A DNA stretch of 63,531 bases, filler included, from Chiloscyllium plagiosum (GCF_004010195.1; 9 parts of 9 records of this genome joined end to end with filler, not necessarily neighbours in it), one strand, 5' to 3'; shown: positions 1-12,315, numbered from the whole stretch's first letter. Notes: generated from the sequence alone by a model not told the origin. Numbers and translations: made by a program.

Positions 1-482
1 GTTGACCACCCTCTAAGTGAAGAAATGTTTCCTCATCTCAGTCCAAAATGGACTACCCCATATCCCCCTGAGACTGTGTCCCCTGGTTCTAGACTTCCCA
101 ACCAGGGGAAACCTCCTCCCTGCCCAGCCCTGTTAGAATTTTATACATCCATCTGAATTCGAGTGAATCCAGGCCCAATCGAGTTCGAGAGAGAGAGGAG
201 AGTTGAGGAGAACTGTTTTCACCCAGAGAGTGGTGGGAGTCTGGAACTCACTGCCTGAAAGGCTGGTTGACTCACAAACTCTCATGACAGTGGAGCAGTG
301 TTTAGATATTCCCTTGTGTTGCTGTAGCCTCCAGGGTAATAGGCCAAGAGCTGGAGGATGGGATTAGTGTCATCAGATCGCTGTTTAACAGCACAGATAC
401 AATGGGCCAAATGGCCTCATTCAGTGCTGTTCACATCAATGACTCTGAGACAGAGAGAGAGAGAAGAGGAAGTGTGAGGGGC

Positions 483-562
483 TGACGTGGCTCTCTCTGC
501 CTGATGCCATTTACATACTGAGGAACACCCAGTCAGACTCTCACAGGCTGCAGCTTTATAAA
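483..562 (+). promoter_or_regulatory. Ig light-chain V promoter (cluster 1): CRE-like TGACGT, octamer variant ATTTACAT, TATA box
   Basis: TGACGT 483-488, ATTTACAT 509-516 (one mismatch to the Ig octamer ATTTGCAT), TTTATAAA 555-562, about 60 bp upstream of the leader ATG; the same motifs recur upstream of the second V. Confidence 0.75.
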
Positions 563-622
563 GCAGAGCCCAGTGAAGGGAGGGTTTATCAGGGACCAGG
601 CACAGGGACAGGAGCACACACC

Positions 623-671
623 ATGATTTCACACATCCAGCTGATCTGGCCCCTGGCATTCTGTGGCGCAG
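623..671 (+). CDS. Ig kappa-type (type III/NS4-like) light-chain leader exon, cluster 1
   Basis: ATG at 623, MISHIQLIWPLAFCGA+G, 49 nt, phase-1 donor GTACAA at 672. Confidence 0.9.
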
Positions 672-857
672 GTACAAATCTCTCTCCTTCCACCTTGAAT
701 CTTTAGCGGCTCTCCATTTCACTCCAATTCCACTGACTTGTGATTGAAGGAAAAATGCTGAAACCAGAGGAATGCTCAGTGTCGCCAACAATCTCTCATT
801 TGACAGGCTCTTTCTGTAACAGTTCTGACTTTACTGTGTTTCTCTCTGACCCCTCAG

Positions 858-1167
858 GTATCAGTGGGGACATCATCATGACCCAGTCTCCCCCGGTGCT
901 GTCAGTGGGACTGGGCCAGACCACAACCATCACCTGTATGGCCAGTCAATCTGTTAGCAAGTGGGTTAGCTGGTTCCAGCAGCGAGAAGATCATAAACCC
1001 TCTCCCCTGATCTATCAAGCAAAAACTCGATTCACAGGAGTCTCCGATCGATTCACCGGCAGTGGATCAGGGACCAGTTTCACCCTGACAATCAGCAACG
1101 TTCAGAATGAGGATGTCACTGACTATTACTGCCGGCAGTATAACAGCTATCCCTATGTTATTAACCC
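858..1167 (+). pseudogene. Ig kappa-type V exon, cluster 1; no RSS and no J, V runs into J-C intron sequence
   Basis: Acceptor CCCTCAG|; [23 protein letters not shown]...WFQQ...[32 protein letters not shown]; followed by GTTATTAACCC, which matches the post-J intron of the second copy (21145-21155); then a gap. Confidence 0.85.
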
Positions 1168-2651
1168 NNNNNNNNNNNNNNNNNNNNNNNNNNNNNNNNN
1201 NNNNNNNNNNNTTAATTAATTAANNNNNNNNNNNNNNNNNNNNNNNNNNNNNNNNNNNNNNNNNNNNCTGGGTGATTAGGGATGTGCAATAAATGCTGCT
1301 GATCTAGCAATGCCCTAATTCCATCAGGGGAAAAAAATATAAAATGTACCCCATGTGTCTTTTTAACCACCTTCCTGACCCGCATTCATTAATCACCGTG
1401 ACCACATCTTCCACTTCCACACACATGTGACTTCCGGCTTCAAACTGATGAGAGACATTCCTTCATTATCTGAGCAATAGGGAGAAACATCAAAAATCGC
1501 AGCAGGAATAGGCCATTCAGCCTCTCAAGCCTGCTCCACCATTTAATATGATCATGGCTGATCATCCAACACAGTCTCCTGTTCCTGCCTTCTCCCCACA
1601 TTCTTTAATCCATTTAATCCTAAAAACCAAATCTAATTCCTTCTTGAAAACATACCACATCTAATTCCCTCATGCCGGAGAAATGGATGAGAATTATTGG
1701 GTTGTTGTTTTTTGACCAATATGGACACAATGGTCTGATGGGCCTTTTGGGTCTCTGACACTATGACTGTATTATTATATATTATGAATAACTAGGTACC
1801 AAGGACTGATCCCTGTGGTACGACAATTGGTAACTACCTGCCATTCAGAAAAAGACTTGTCGTTTCTGTCCTGTCTGCCAACCAGTTCCCAATCCATGTC
1901 AGTACATGACTCCCAATCCACTTGTTCATTGGGATTACCCTGATTCACTTGGACATACTTCATCCTGTCAGCTCTTTGCTTTACTCAGATCCTGTTTAAT
2001 TTCATCCATGCATCCTCGATCCTCCTCTCAGCTTACTGCAGGTTTGAACTCCAGATAACCAACATCACCTTCCCTGTTTGGTCTTCCCTACTCTGGCTGC
2101 CTTTTGACATCCCAGGCTGAGAGTCTAGATTTGGGAGTCCCACCCTTACTCCTTGTGGGAACAGATTCTGAACGATCTCTGTCTCATCCTTCGAGGGCTC
2201 CCACTGCCCTGACACTGATTTCCCATCATGTCGCTGGTGCCAGTCCACTTTTGCTAAATCACCACACAGTTTAGTAAAATAGTTCATTCGCCAATGTAAA
2301 CTTTTACGCTTGCTCCATGGTTCTCCATTTCCATCCCTCCNNNNNNNNNNNNNNNNNNNNNNNNNNNNNNNNNNNNNNNNNNNNNNNNNNNNNNNNNNNN
2401 NNNNNNNNNNNNNNNNNNNNNNNNNNNNNNNNNNNNNNNNNNNNNNNNNNNNNNNNNNNNNNNNNNNNNNNNNNNNNNNNNNNNNNNNNNNNNNNNNNNN
2501 NNNNNNNNNNNNNNNNNNNNNNNNNNNNNNNNNNNNNNNNNNNTGTTAGGTATTGAATACAAATGTTCAAATGGATTGTTTTGCCAGTGAATGTTCAGAG
2601 TTGAAATCCCTTTGAATGGCAGGGATTAAAATTGTTTCTCTTGTCTTTCAG

Positions 2652-2980
2652 GCCGTGAGAACTCTCAGCCCAAGCTGACCCTGCTGCCCCCCTCCCCAGA
2701 GCAGGTAGATGCCAAGGGCACTGCCACCCTGGTGTGCCTTGCCAATCACTTCTATCCCGATGAGCTGGAGGTGCAGTGGAAGAAGGACGGTGCAGTCATT
2801 TCGGACGGGGTTCAGACCAGCAACTACCTGCGAGCTTCGGACAGCACCTACAGTGTCAGCAGCCTGCTGACCCTCTCTGGGTCTGACTGGGAGTCCAACG
2901 CTCGCTTCTCCTGTGCCCTCACCCACGGGAACCTCCCCTCTCCCCTCAGCAAGAGCATCAGGAGATCAGAATCTGTGTAG
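2652..2980 (+). CDS. Ig kappa-type light-chain C exon 1 (open frame, penultimate interchain Cys replaced by Ser)
   Basis: Acceptor TTTCAG|GC; RENSQPKLTLLPPSPEQVDAKGTATLVCLANHFYPDELEVQWKKDG...YSVSSLLTLSGSDWESNARFSCALTH...RRSESV*; 329 nt; C1-set motifs. Confidence 0.9.
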
Positions 2981-3259
2981 AGGGTTTGAGACAGTCCACA
3001 GAGGAGACACAACTTTAAAATAGAACAGGGTTGAGCTGGCAGGACAAAGGTCATTGTCAGCACTGAATTTCAAGTCTCTTCCATCTCAGGACTGCTCGGG
3101 GCAAATTCTGAGGTTCAGTAATGAAGTCAGGTTGTTGCAATAGTATAAAGAGACCTTTATGCTGTGTCAAACAGTATGCTGTCCCTGTTCTGGGAGTATG
3201 TGATAGGGATAGGGTTGACTTGTGATCCCAAGTCAAACCTCTCAAAGATGCTCACAGCA

Positions 3260-3555
3260 GAGAGCGGCGCGAGCTGGGCGGAAGTGAGGTTGGAGCGCAG
3301 AGCTGGTCAGGAAGGTAAGTGATTGATATTTGAGTGGAATGTTCCTCCTGCAGGATATTCGAGGTAGGGTGACCACCGATACTCCTGCCGACTTCATCTG
3401 CAGGAAATGCAGTCAGATCCTGCTCCTCACAGAACGAGTTAGGGAACTGGAACTGGAGTTGATGAACTGAGGATTATTCGAGAGACTGAGAGGGTGATAG
3501 ATAGAAGCTACAGGGACATAGCCACGCCAGAGAACAGAGGTAGCTGGGTAACAGT
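3260..3555 (+). mobile_element. CR1 LINE 5' region/ORF1 fragment
   Basis: Degenerate C-x2-C...DFICRKC...RVRELELEL zinc-finger/coiled-coil pattern typical of CR1 ORF1. Confidence 0.55.
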
Positions 3556-4729
3556 NNNNNNNNNNNNNNNNNNNNNNNNNNNNNNNNNNNNNNNNNNNNT
3601 TAATTAATTAANNNNNNNNNNNNNNNNNNNNNNNNNNNNNNNNNNNNNNNNNNNNCCAATAATTACATGTAAAGTCTGGCTTCTTAATTTGTGCTTGGGA
3701 TGCAGATGTCATGAGCAATGCCAGACTTTGCTGCTCATGAGAAAGTGGTGATGAGCTGCTGCTTTAAGTCACTGTGCTCCTTGGGGGTTGGGGCACCCAT
3801 TGTGTTGTTGAGCAGTGAGTTCCACGATTTTGACCAGCGACGGTGAAGGAGCGGTGATATACTTCCATGTCAGGATGGTGGGTGACTTGAAGGGGAACTT
3901 GCAGGTGCTGGTATTTCCATGTATCTGTTGTCCTCGCCCTTCTAGGTGGTAGAGGTCTTGAGTTTGGTGGGTGTTGTTGAACGAGACTTTGCAAGTGACT
4001 GCAATTGTCGATGGTATACACTGCTGCCTTGGCTTCTCCAGTGCGGGGATTCTTGAGCAGTGACTGCAGTTGAAATATCCAAGGATCGCATCTTCCAGAA
4101 TCTGATGATCCTACAGCTACAGAGGATTCGGGGACAGGAACTGAGTGGCTACCAGCAGGGAGGAAGAGGCAGGGCAGTCATAGGGAAAGAGTGTGGTTCT
4201 TTCAAACCAGCTGAGTACCAGGTAGAGTTGCAACATTTTGGGGAGAGCAATCCAAAGTGCCTCAACAATACACAGGGTTAGATTTCTGCACCATGGAACT
4301 CAGCAAAGTGGCAATAGAACACAGGGCATTCTCCCACATGGTATCTTGTCTCTCCGATCCAGGATAAACAATATCGCTGAAAGGTGTAGGATGTTCTGTA
4401 AGAGGAAAGGGGAACAGATAGGAATTGTCTTCCTGTTTAGCATGGGCATGGAAACATTTGAGGTCAGGCAGGCAGGGTTACAGGACTTTAAATGAAGCAG
4501 AACCTCAAAATACTACTCAGTCCCGTCACCTCACAGACACAGTGACTATAGAGAGGCCAGTAGAAAGTGAGGACTGCAGATGCTGGAGATCAGAATCAAA
4601 AGTGTGGCGCTCAAAAAGCACAGCAGGTCAGACACCATTCAATGAGCAAGAGTCAGCACGAGGGTACAAGGTTCTCATATTCTAGCTTTCCCTGGAATAA
4701 CTAGTAACATTGTATGGATGATTTCAAGC

Positions 4730-5352
4730 TTATCATAGAATCCCAACAGTGTGAAAGCAGACTATTTAGCCCAACAAGTCCTCGCCAACCCTCCAAACAG
4801 CATCCCATCTAGACCCACCCCCTACATTTCCCATGGCCAATCCACTTAACTTACACATCTTCAGACTGTTGGAGGAAACCGGAGCACCCACAGAAAATCC
4901 ATGCAGACATGGGGATAATGTGCAAACTTCACACAGACCGTTGCTTGAGACTGGGATCAAACTTGGGTCCCTGGTGCTGTGAGGCAGCAGTGCTAACCAC
5001 TCTGCCACTGTGCCGCCCACATTGCTTCATGCTGCTCTTTTTTTTAGGACTAGATTACCCACAGTGTGGAAACAGGCCCTTCGCCCCAACAAGTCCACAA
5101 TGACCCTCTGAAGAGGATCCGCCCAAACTCATTTTGCTACATTTAACACGACTAATACACCTAACACTATGGGAATTTAGCATAGCCAATTCACCTGACC
5201 TGCACATCTTTGGATTGTGGGAGGAAACCCACGTAGACACGGGGAGAATCTGCAAAGTCCAGACAAAAAAAGTTGCCTAAGGCAAGGATCAAACCCAGGT
5301 CCATGGTGCTGTGAGGCAACAGTGCTAACCACTGAGCTACCATGCTGCCCAC
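4730..5352 (-). mobile_element. Two adjacent tRNA-derived SINEs (shark HE1/V-SINE-like)
   Basis: Minus-strand head GGGCGGCACAGTGGCAGAGTGGTTAGCACTGCTGCCTCACAGCACCAGGGACCC with A/B-box-like motifs, TGTGGAGTTTGCAC-type core, CR1-like tail. Confidence 0.8.
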
Positions 5353-5809
5353 ATTGGTTAATACCTCTGCACATTCTGTGTCTAGTTTCCTATGGGATAA
5401 CCAACATCAGGTAAAATACTCCACTGAAGGCAAAAATTACATCTGAGACATCCTCTAAAAATGTTAACAAGTTTGTCAAATATGGTTTTCTTTCCATAAA
5501 TCCACATTGACTGCACAATTTTGACATTCATTTCTAAATGTTTAGTTAACACATTTCTTATAATTAGTTTCCACATTTTCCCTACTAATGTCAAACTAAT
5601 GGGTTTGTGATTCTTCATTCACTCTATTCTTTTCTTCTTAAATACATTTGCTTCCTTCCAGTTAGCAGGAACCTTTCCAGAAACCTTTCCAGCATTCGGA
5701 AAGCTAACCACTAATGCACCCATTATCTTTCTATTCCCACTTCAACACCCGAAGAAAAATATCACATTGTTCAGAAGATTTATCAGCCCTCAATCCAGCT
5801 AACTTTTGA

Positions 5810-6085
5810 AATCTATGATGTGGAAAGAGGGCATTTGGACATTGAGTCTGCATCAACCCTCCAAAGGGCATCCCAGATAACCCCACCGCATACTCTATCC
5901 ACATAACTCTACATTTACTATGGCCATCTACCAAACCTGTATATCTTTGGAGCATGAGAGGAAACTAGAGCATACGGCAGAAACCATGCAGATAGAGTGC
6001 ATACTCCATACAAACAGTCACCCAAGGCTGGAATCGAAACCAGTTCCCTGTGAGAGGCAGCAGTACTAACCATTCAGCCACCATG
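5810..6085 (-). mobile_element. tRNA-derived SINE, degenerate
   Basis: Same family as 4730-5352. Confidence 0.65.
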
Positions 6086-6459
6086 GTCCTCAAGACCAAA
6101 CCTCTTTAACATTAATTTATTTTTGCTCCTCAGTTCCATGCATTCTTGGTCACTTAATATTTCTGGCAGACTTTCTGTATTTTTTTAAGTGAAGAAAGAT
6201 GCAAAGTAACTAATTATTCTCGGAATAAGAGTTATATTATGCTCAATGTGAAATCTGTTTTGCTTTCTTTCCACAGATATTCCAAAATTATTCAGTTTCT
6301 TCAGCCTTTTCTATTTTTGTTTCAGATTTCTAGCATCCAAAGTATTTTGCTTTAACTTGCTTGGTTTCTCTGCATTTTTTTACTCTCCATTGCACAGTCT
6401 CCTGACCCCAACTCTTATGTGTCCACATTAGTCCTTGTTCATCTTTTCCTTTTGACATA

Positions 6460-6745
6460 TTAGAACTAAGAACAAAGAAAATGTACAGCCCAGGAACAGG
6501 CCTTTCGGCCCTCCAAGCCTGAGCTGATCCAAATGCACTGTCTGAATCTGTTGGTCAATTCCTAAGCATCTGTATCCCCCTGCTCCCCACCTACTCATGC
6601 ATTTACCCAGACACACCTTAAAAGAATCTACCATGCCCACCTCCACTAACTCTGCTGGCAACACGTTCCAAACACCCATAACCCTCTGTGTGAAGTACTT
6701 GCGCATGTATCCCCCTTAAACTTTCCACCTCTCACTTTGAAAGAT
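6460..6745 (-). mobile_element. CR1 LINE 3' end
   Basis: RKYFTQRVMGVWNVLPAELVEVG is the CR1 ORF2 C-terminus, followed by 3' UTR. Confidence 0.75.
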
Positions 6746-7563
6746 GTTTTCAAGCTTCGGCTTTACATTGGGTTGCCTTCATATTATCTTTTCAGTTGAA
6801 TTATTAGTTTAGTGGTCCTCCTTTGCTGGGTCCAAACCCTTTTCCAAATCTCTGGCTATCAGTCTTTCTGGCATTCTTGTAAGCTACTTCTGTAAGGGCT
6901 CTTGTGTTGCAGCCTCCCTGTCTCTGACCCAAGAGTTTGGGTTTCAAACCTGAATTACTCAGCAGGTGAGTTATAACATCTCTGAACAGGTTAATTTGGA
7001 AAATGTCTACAAGCCACTGGTTGTCTCTTGGGATTGATTCAACTTTCCCTTTGGGCATTTGTGCCTTAGAAGAATGTACATCTGTGGTAAGTCTTGAAGT
7101 AGTTTTTTTAAAATTACAAGCATTGCTGGTTTCAAACAAATCTTTGTGTCTTTTCTCAATCAGCCACAGCTAACTTCATGTTTCCATATCATTCAATTTT
7201 CAGTTTGAGCTGACTCACATTCAAAGCTCATATAATATTTTATGGTTACACACCCTTTTACCCTTCATATAATATTTTATGGTTACACATCCTTTTAAAG
7301 CAAGGTTATCAATGAACCCTTTCTCATTATATAACATTAAATCCAAAATAAGCCAATCCCTAGTTAGTTCCTCAACATATTCTTTCAGAAACCCACCTTG
7401 TACAAACAACAAACACAGTTTTCAAAATGAGGTTACCCATTGTTATCGAGATCACATATGTCTCTAATTTCCTGATGATAACGTTCTCAAAATTAGTACA
7501 ATTTGATGTTCTATAAAGAACTCCCACCAATGTTTCCTTTGTCTGGCTGCTTCTTAGCTCCAG

Positions 7564-7738
7564 GGAGAAAGTGAGGATTGCAGATGCTGGAGATCAGAGC
7601 TGAAAATGTGTTGCTAGAAAAGCGCAGCAGGTCAGGCAGCATCCAAGGAACAGGAGGGCTTATGCCCGAAACGTCAATTCTCCTGTTCCTTGGATGCTGC
7701 CTGACCTGCTGCGCTTTTCCAGCAACACTTTTTCAGCT
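7564..7738. mobile_element. Penelope-derived fold-back (palindromic) short insertion with 17-bp TSD
   Basis: Inverted arms of the PLE terminus; CTGCTTCTTAGCTCCAG repeated at 7547-7563 and 7739-7755. Confidence 0.8.
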
Positions 7739-8399
7739 CTGCTTCTTAGCTCCAGCCAAACAGTTTCTACATCTTGAACTTTGATCTCAGATCCTCTGTC
7801 ATTTATTTACTAATGTCATTTTTTTTCCTGGGATAGATCAGCAATCGATAAGCAAGATCGAGTCTTGAGTCTGGGCACTGTTACAGAGGTGGAAATTGAT
7901 GGCTCAAACATGTAGTCAGAAACTCAGGGGTGAAAATGCGATACTGAGATGGAATAGGGAACATGCTGTAAGAATTACTGAAAATAATGGCTTCATTCTT
8001 GCCAAAATTAAAGGGGAAGAAAATGTCTGCTCATCCAGTACTGGAAGTCTGACAAGTGGTGGCAGCAATGGCGTAGTTGAGAGAGGAGTTGGTGAGATTG
8101 GCCATACATGTAAAAACCAACAATGTTAGAATTAGAATTAGGTTTATTGACATGTATACTCAAATTACCAAAGGAAAGGAGTGAAAAGAGTACAATATCA
8201 CTAACATATGGTGTCACCTGAGGTACAAGGTACCTACATAAAAATCTTAGATACAAAAATAGATAAAATAAAGAACAAGGTTACACTATGTTGCCGATAT
8301 ATATAGTATAAGTTAGCAAAATAAGAAATAAAGTTAAAACAATAGATATTACAGTATTTTGATAAGAGCTTCCAAGTGACCTGACTGGGCTTCACTGGT

Positions 8400-8715
8400 T
8401 CCCAAGCAGTAGCCACCTTCACTCTGGGCTCTGTCCCCACTCTGCTCCAGGTTACTGGCCATCTGCACTCCACTCTGAGCCACTGGCCATCCCCACTGGC
8501 CTCTGTCCCAGCTCTGCTCTGAGCCCACTGGCCTCTTTATTTACTCCGCTCTGGGCCTACTAGCCTCTGTATTTATTCCGCTCTGGGCCTACTGATCTCT
8601 GTCCCCACTCCATTCAGGGCCCACTGCCCTCTGTCCCCACTCTACTATGGGCCCTCGGCCTCTGTCCCCTCTGCTCTGGGCCCACTGACCTCTGTCCCCA
8701 CTCTGCTCTGGGCCT
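8400..8715. repeat. Minisatellite, about 30-bp unit (CACTCTGCTCTGGGCCCACTGGCCTCTGTCCC-like)
   Basis: About 10 imperfect tandem units read directly. Confidence 0.8.
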
Positions 8716-8719
8716 TGTT

Positions 8720-9490
8720 GAAGAATGTGTCAGATGAGGGAACTGAGTTGGCACTAGAGGGATGAGAAACCTGAGGACACAAGACCCAATCCATCAGGGA
8801 CTGCAGAGCTAATCTCAGGGAGCGGAAAGAGCTACCACTCAAAGTCATATTCTGGCTATGACTAGGGTAGATGAGACCGGAAGAAGCTTGTGGTTAGTCC
8901 TATGTGGACATAGGACAGAGGAGGACACTAAGGACAGCTATCTGGAAGGCTGCAGTTAGCTTGAGTCTGGGTGGGGGGGGGAGGAAATGTCTGTCACAGT
9001 CACATGGTATTGGAAGTCCAACTCCATGTGAGATCCTCCTGTGCTATTATAAAGATCCCACTTGCAAAGGAACTCAGTGAAAGACACTCTCCCTGAAACA
9101 TGTTGGCCTTCCAGAACAAGGAGCTGACCTCTTCCAGCACCACTCTAATCTGGACTGAGTGTTGCAGACTGGCACATTCCTAGGTCCAGGACTATGTCCT
9201 GAGGGGTGCACGAAAGCTTGGTCAGCTGCCACCAAGGCCCAGTGGGGAAAGACCACTGTCTGAGGTCTTCCTGCTGAAGGTTATTGGGGGTGTGTTCAGT
9301 TGTGGAACTCTCTCAGTGCCTCAAATGCACATAAATATAGTCTGGTTCAAATAACAATTTGTTAGATTGGAGTCAAATTCCAATGTGTGTTTGTTTCCTT
9401 GATATGCTACTGTACAGAATTCAACTTCGTTTGTGGCTGTGTGTCTAATACAGATACATTTTTATGAATAAAGTATATATTTGAAATAAT
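8720..9490 (+). mobile_element. L1/Tx1-like LINE 3' portion, degenerate
   Basis: Degenerate C-terminal motif (..QDYVLR..KLG..AQWGKTTV*) followed by an AT-rich 3' UTR ending in AATAAA and an A-rich tail. Confidence 0.5.
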
Positions 9491-11019
9491 AACCCACGCA
9501 ATGAGCTGAACTGCCTCGTCCAGTTGATCGTGAGGTTATAATGGAGTGTGGGAAGTGGATTAGGTCAGTGGCTGGCTTGCCAGACTGCGTGATACTTAGA
9601 CCGTGGGTTCAGTCCCCCCACCCGCTGAGGTTAGCAGGAAGGATTCCCTTTCTCAACCTCTCCCTTCACCTGAGGGACACCGAACCTTAGATAAAGGCCC
9701 CAGTAGTCGTCTCTTTCTCTAATAACAAACAAGCCCTTGTCGTCTCGCAGTAATATGGTGACTTTACATTGGAGTAAAACCCTTTATCGAACAGGTGGGC
9801 TGAGAAAGCGCTTCATGAAGGACAGAAAAGAATCCAATTGCTTCACTTTATCTGGCTCAGTGAATGTGGGAGGGAGGACACAAATTCAGAGAGGAGGCAA
9901 GCTGAGGGATTTGAACCACTGGCTGTCCCCGGATTCGCTCACTTCTGTGATAAAGTACGTTTTCCGTCTTCCGACGGATGTTTAAAAGTGAAACTGTTGA
10001 AGATTTCGCTGGCTTTACTTTTCAGCGGAGAATCGACGGGCCCAGAGTAAGAAAAAATAACGTGTTGAAAGAAAGGAAGGCAGTTGATGAAGCAGCGGGT
10101 GGGTGTTGACTGGCCGATTGTATCATTACCAGGTGGTTACGATGTCGAATTCTCTCCGTTTTCCGGGTTGACAGAACAGAAACAGATCCCATCTTCTCTG
10201 TTCAGTTACAAAGGGCAGGGTTCAGGTCAGCGGCTGCGTCGTGCACTGTAAAGGGGTATTTGCCTGAAAGACTCTGAGGGCAGGTCAGGGTTCCTGGGGA
10301 CTCAGGATCATCTGTGATACAGACCCCTTATAGTCCCCACCCGGGCCAGCCCTGAAACGATCGGGTCACGTCACTCCGTCTGTACTTAACCTAACCCTGT
10401 CTCCCTACCCCAAATAAGCTTTCGGACTAGTTTGTGCATCGAAGTTTAATAAATTCTCGAAGTCCTCTCCCACCCCCGACCCCCGTGCTAATCCCAAGGG
10501 GAACACAGGAACGACTTGCATTTCTATAGCGCCCATCGATTTCTTGACGCGCTTTACAATCGATGCAGTGTTGCTGTGTAGCTCGTTATAAAGTAAAACA
10601 GCAGCCAAACCTCCCAATAAGTATGACCAGATCACAAGTCTTCAATGCTGCTGGACCTTAGCGATGAATGTCACCCCAGGGCCCCGGCAAAAGCTCGGTC
10701 ACACTGTCGGGTTTGAGTGGCCAGTGATAGACAGAGGGCGATGAGGGAGGACTTCAAACCAACAGTCAGGGCATCTGGACCCAGGCCTGTGGAATTCTCT
10801 CAGGCCCTTGTTTTCCCACTAAGTCATTTTCTCTTGTGGCCACTAACCTCTCAAAGACTTAACAATAATTCAGGTTTATTCAGTACATTGCATCAGTTGT
10901 ATGACACTTTGATATTTTACTATAAATAATGTGATCCTGCCCCACCAGCTACCTGACAAAAGGAACAGCTCTCTGAAAGCTTGTAGTTTCAAATAAACCT
11001 ATTGGACTATAAACTGGTT

Positions 11020-11260
11020 TAGATTAGATTAGATTCCCTTTAACTAATGCACCTAACACTATGGGCAATTTAGCACGGCCAATTCACCTGACCTGCACAG
11101 GTGATTATGGGAGGAAACCAACGCAGACACGGCGAGAATGCGCAAACTCCACACAGACAGTCGTCTGAGGCCGGAAATGAACCTGGAATCCTGGTGCTGT
11201 GAGGCAGCAGTGCGAACCACTGAGCCATCATACCACCCCAATGAGCCACCATGCCGCCCC
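11020..11260 (-). mobile_element. tRNA-derived SINE
   Basis: Same family as 4730-5352; duplicated head segment. Confidence 0.75.
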
Positions 11261-11471
11261 TTGGTGTGTGATTTTTAACTCTTTGATGAAGGTAGTGCGG
11301 TGGACGTTGTCTGTACAGAGTTTACGAAGGCATTCCGCGTGATACACTGGTTAGCAAGGCGAGATCATGTGAATCCGTGAAGGAGATTAGTGTTGAATCT
11401 TGATAAAAATCTCTTGTCTTTCAGGGCTAGCACGGACAGGCTTCTGAGCTTTGCTGAAGGTGTTTGGGAGC

Positions 11472-11529
11472 ATGGAGCGTGGGGCGCTGTGTCTGATTCT
11501 CCTCCTCAGGATCCATTCTGCACTGGCAG
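11472..11529 (+). CDS. Butyrophilin-like gene, signal-peptide exon (exon begins about 11425)
   Basis: Acceptor TCTTTCAG| ending at 11424; ATG 11472 MERGALCLILLLRIHSALA+G; phase-1 donor GTGAGA. Confidence 0.8.
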
Positions 11530-12094
11530 GTGAGACTCCCTCGGTGCCTCACTCCATACCGATCCGTGAGGTCATCTTCAGACAGGCCGATGGCTTTCAG
11601 TTAGGATCCCGGAGAGAACAACAAAAACTTTTAAAAAGAGATGACGATTTCTCAGCCAGCTTTATGAGGGGTCGCTGCACACGCTTTCACATTTTGAGGA
11701 GGTTCGAAACAAACCAAAATCAGCATCAACTAAACATTTTGGTGCAGTAATGCCAACAGTACAGGTTCAATCAGAATGGACTGAGGTCACCATCAAGGTC
11801 CTGCATTCTCATTCTCGCCCCTTACCTAAGGTGTGGTGACGCTCAGGTTAAACTCAACTTCGGTTAAATTCCAATGAGAGTGTGGCTTTGTGGTCCCCTG
11901 GGACTATGGCAATTTTACCTTTTACTTAGCTTCTAACTAATATGCTAAACTACACAATGTATTCCCTGTTAACTTCCTCAAACATATTTCGCCTTTGTAC
12001 AGTCCTTGCCATGTGAAAGCCATCTAATTTTTAAAGCCCTTAAGCTCTCCTGGCTTTAACAGGCTCTCTTCTGTGCATCCCCGGATGCAGGGTG

Positions 12095-12315
12095 GGCTCG
12101 GGGTGTGTCAATATTTACAGGGTGTGCCCGGGAAGGGTGTTAGTGTTTACAGGGTGTCCCTGGGAAGGGTGTCAGTGTTTACAATAGTCTCTGGGACTGT
12201 GTCAGTATTTACAGAGATCTCCCAAAGAGCATGTCAGTACTTACATAGGGTGCCCACGGGGCCTGTGTCTGTATTTACAGGGTGTCCCCTGGGAGTCTAT
12301 CTGTATTTACAGGGA
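12095..12315. repeat. Minisatellite, about 32-bp unit (TGTCAGTATTTACAGGGTGTCCCTGGGAAGGG-like) in the butyrophilin-like intron
   Basis: About 7 imperfect tandem units. Confidence 0.75.

Noticed and set aside
417-791. Antisense ORFs conserved at both V genes and at the C exons (e.g. 20361-20729, 2648-2926, 18203-18481, 24035-24313)
   Set aside because: Conservation simply reflects recent cluster duplication and shadowing of the real exons; no recognisable protein features.
1212-1223. TTAATTAATTAA palindrome recurring between N-runs (also about 3600, 17928, 19351, 22430, 25102, 47998, 62318)
   Set aside because: Identical 12-mer always centred in N padding; it is an assembly/scaffolding gap marker, not biology.
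8400-8715. Regularly spaced repeats of about 30 bp (also 12095-12315), CRISPR-like or switch-like at first sight
   Set aside because: Head-to-tail degenerate minisatellites without unique spacers in a vertebrate genome.
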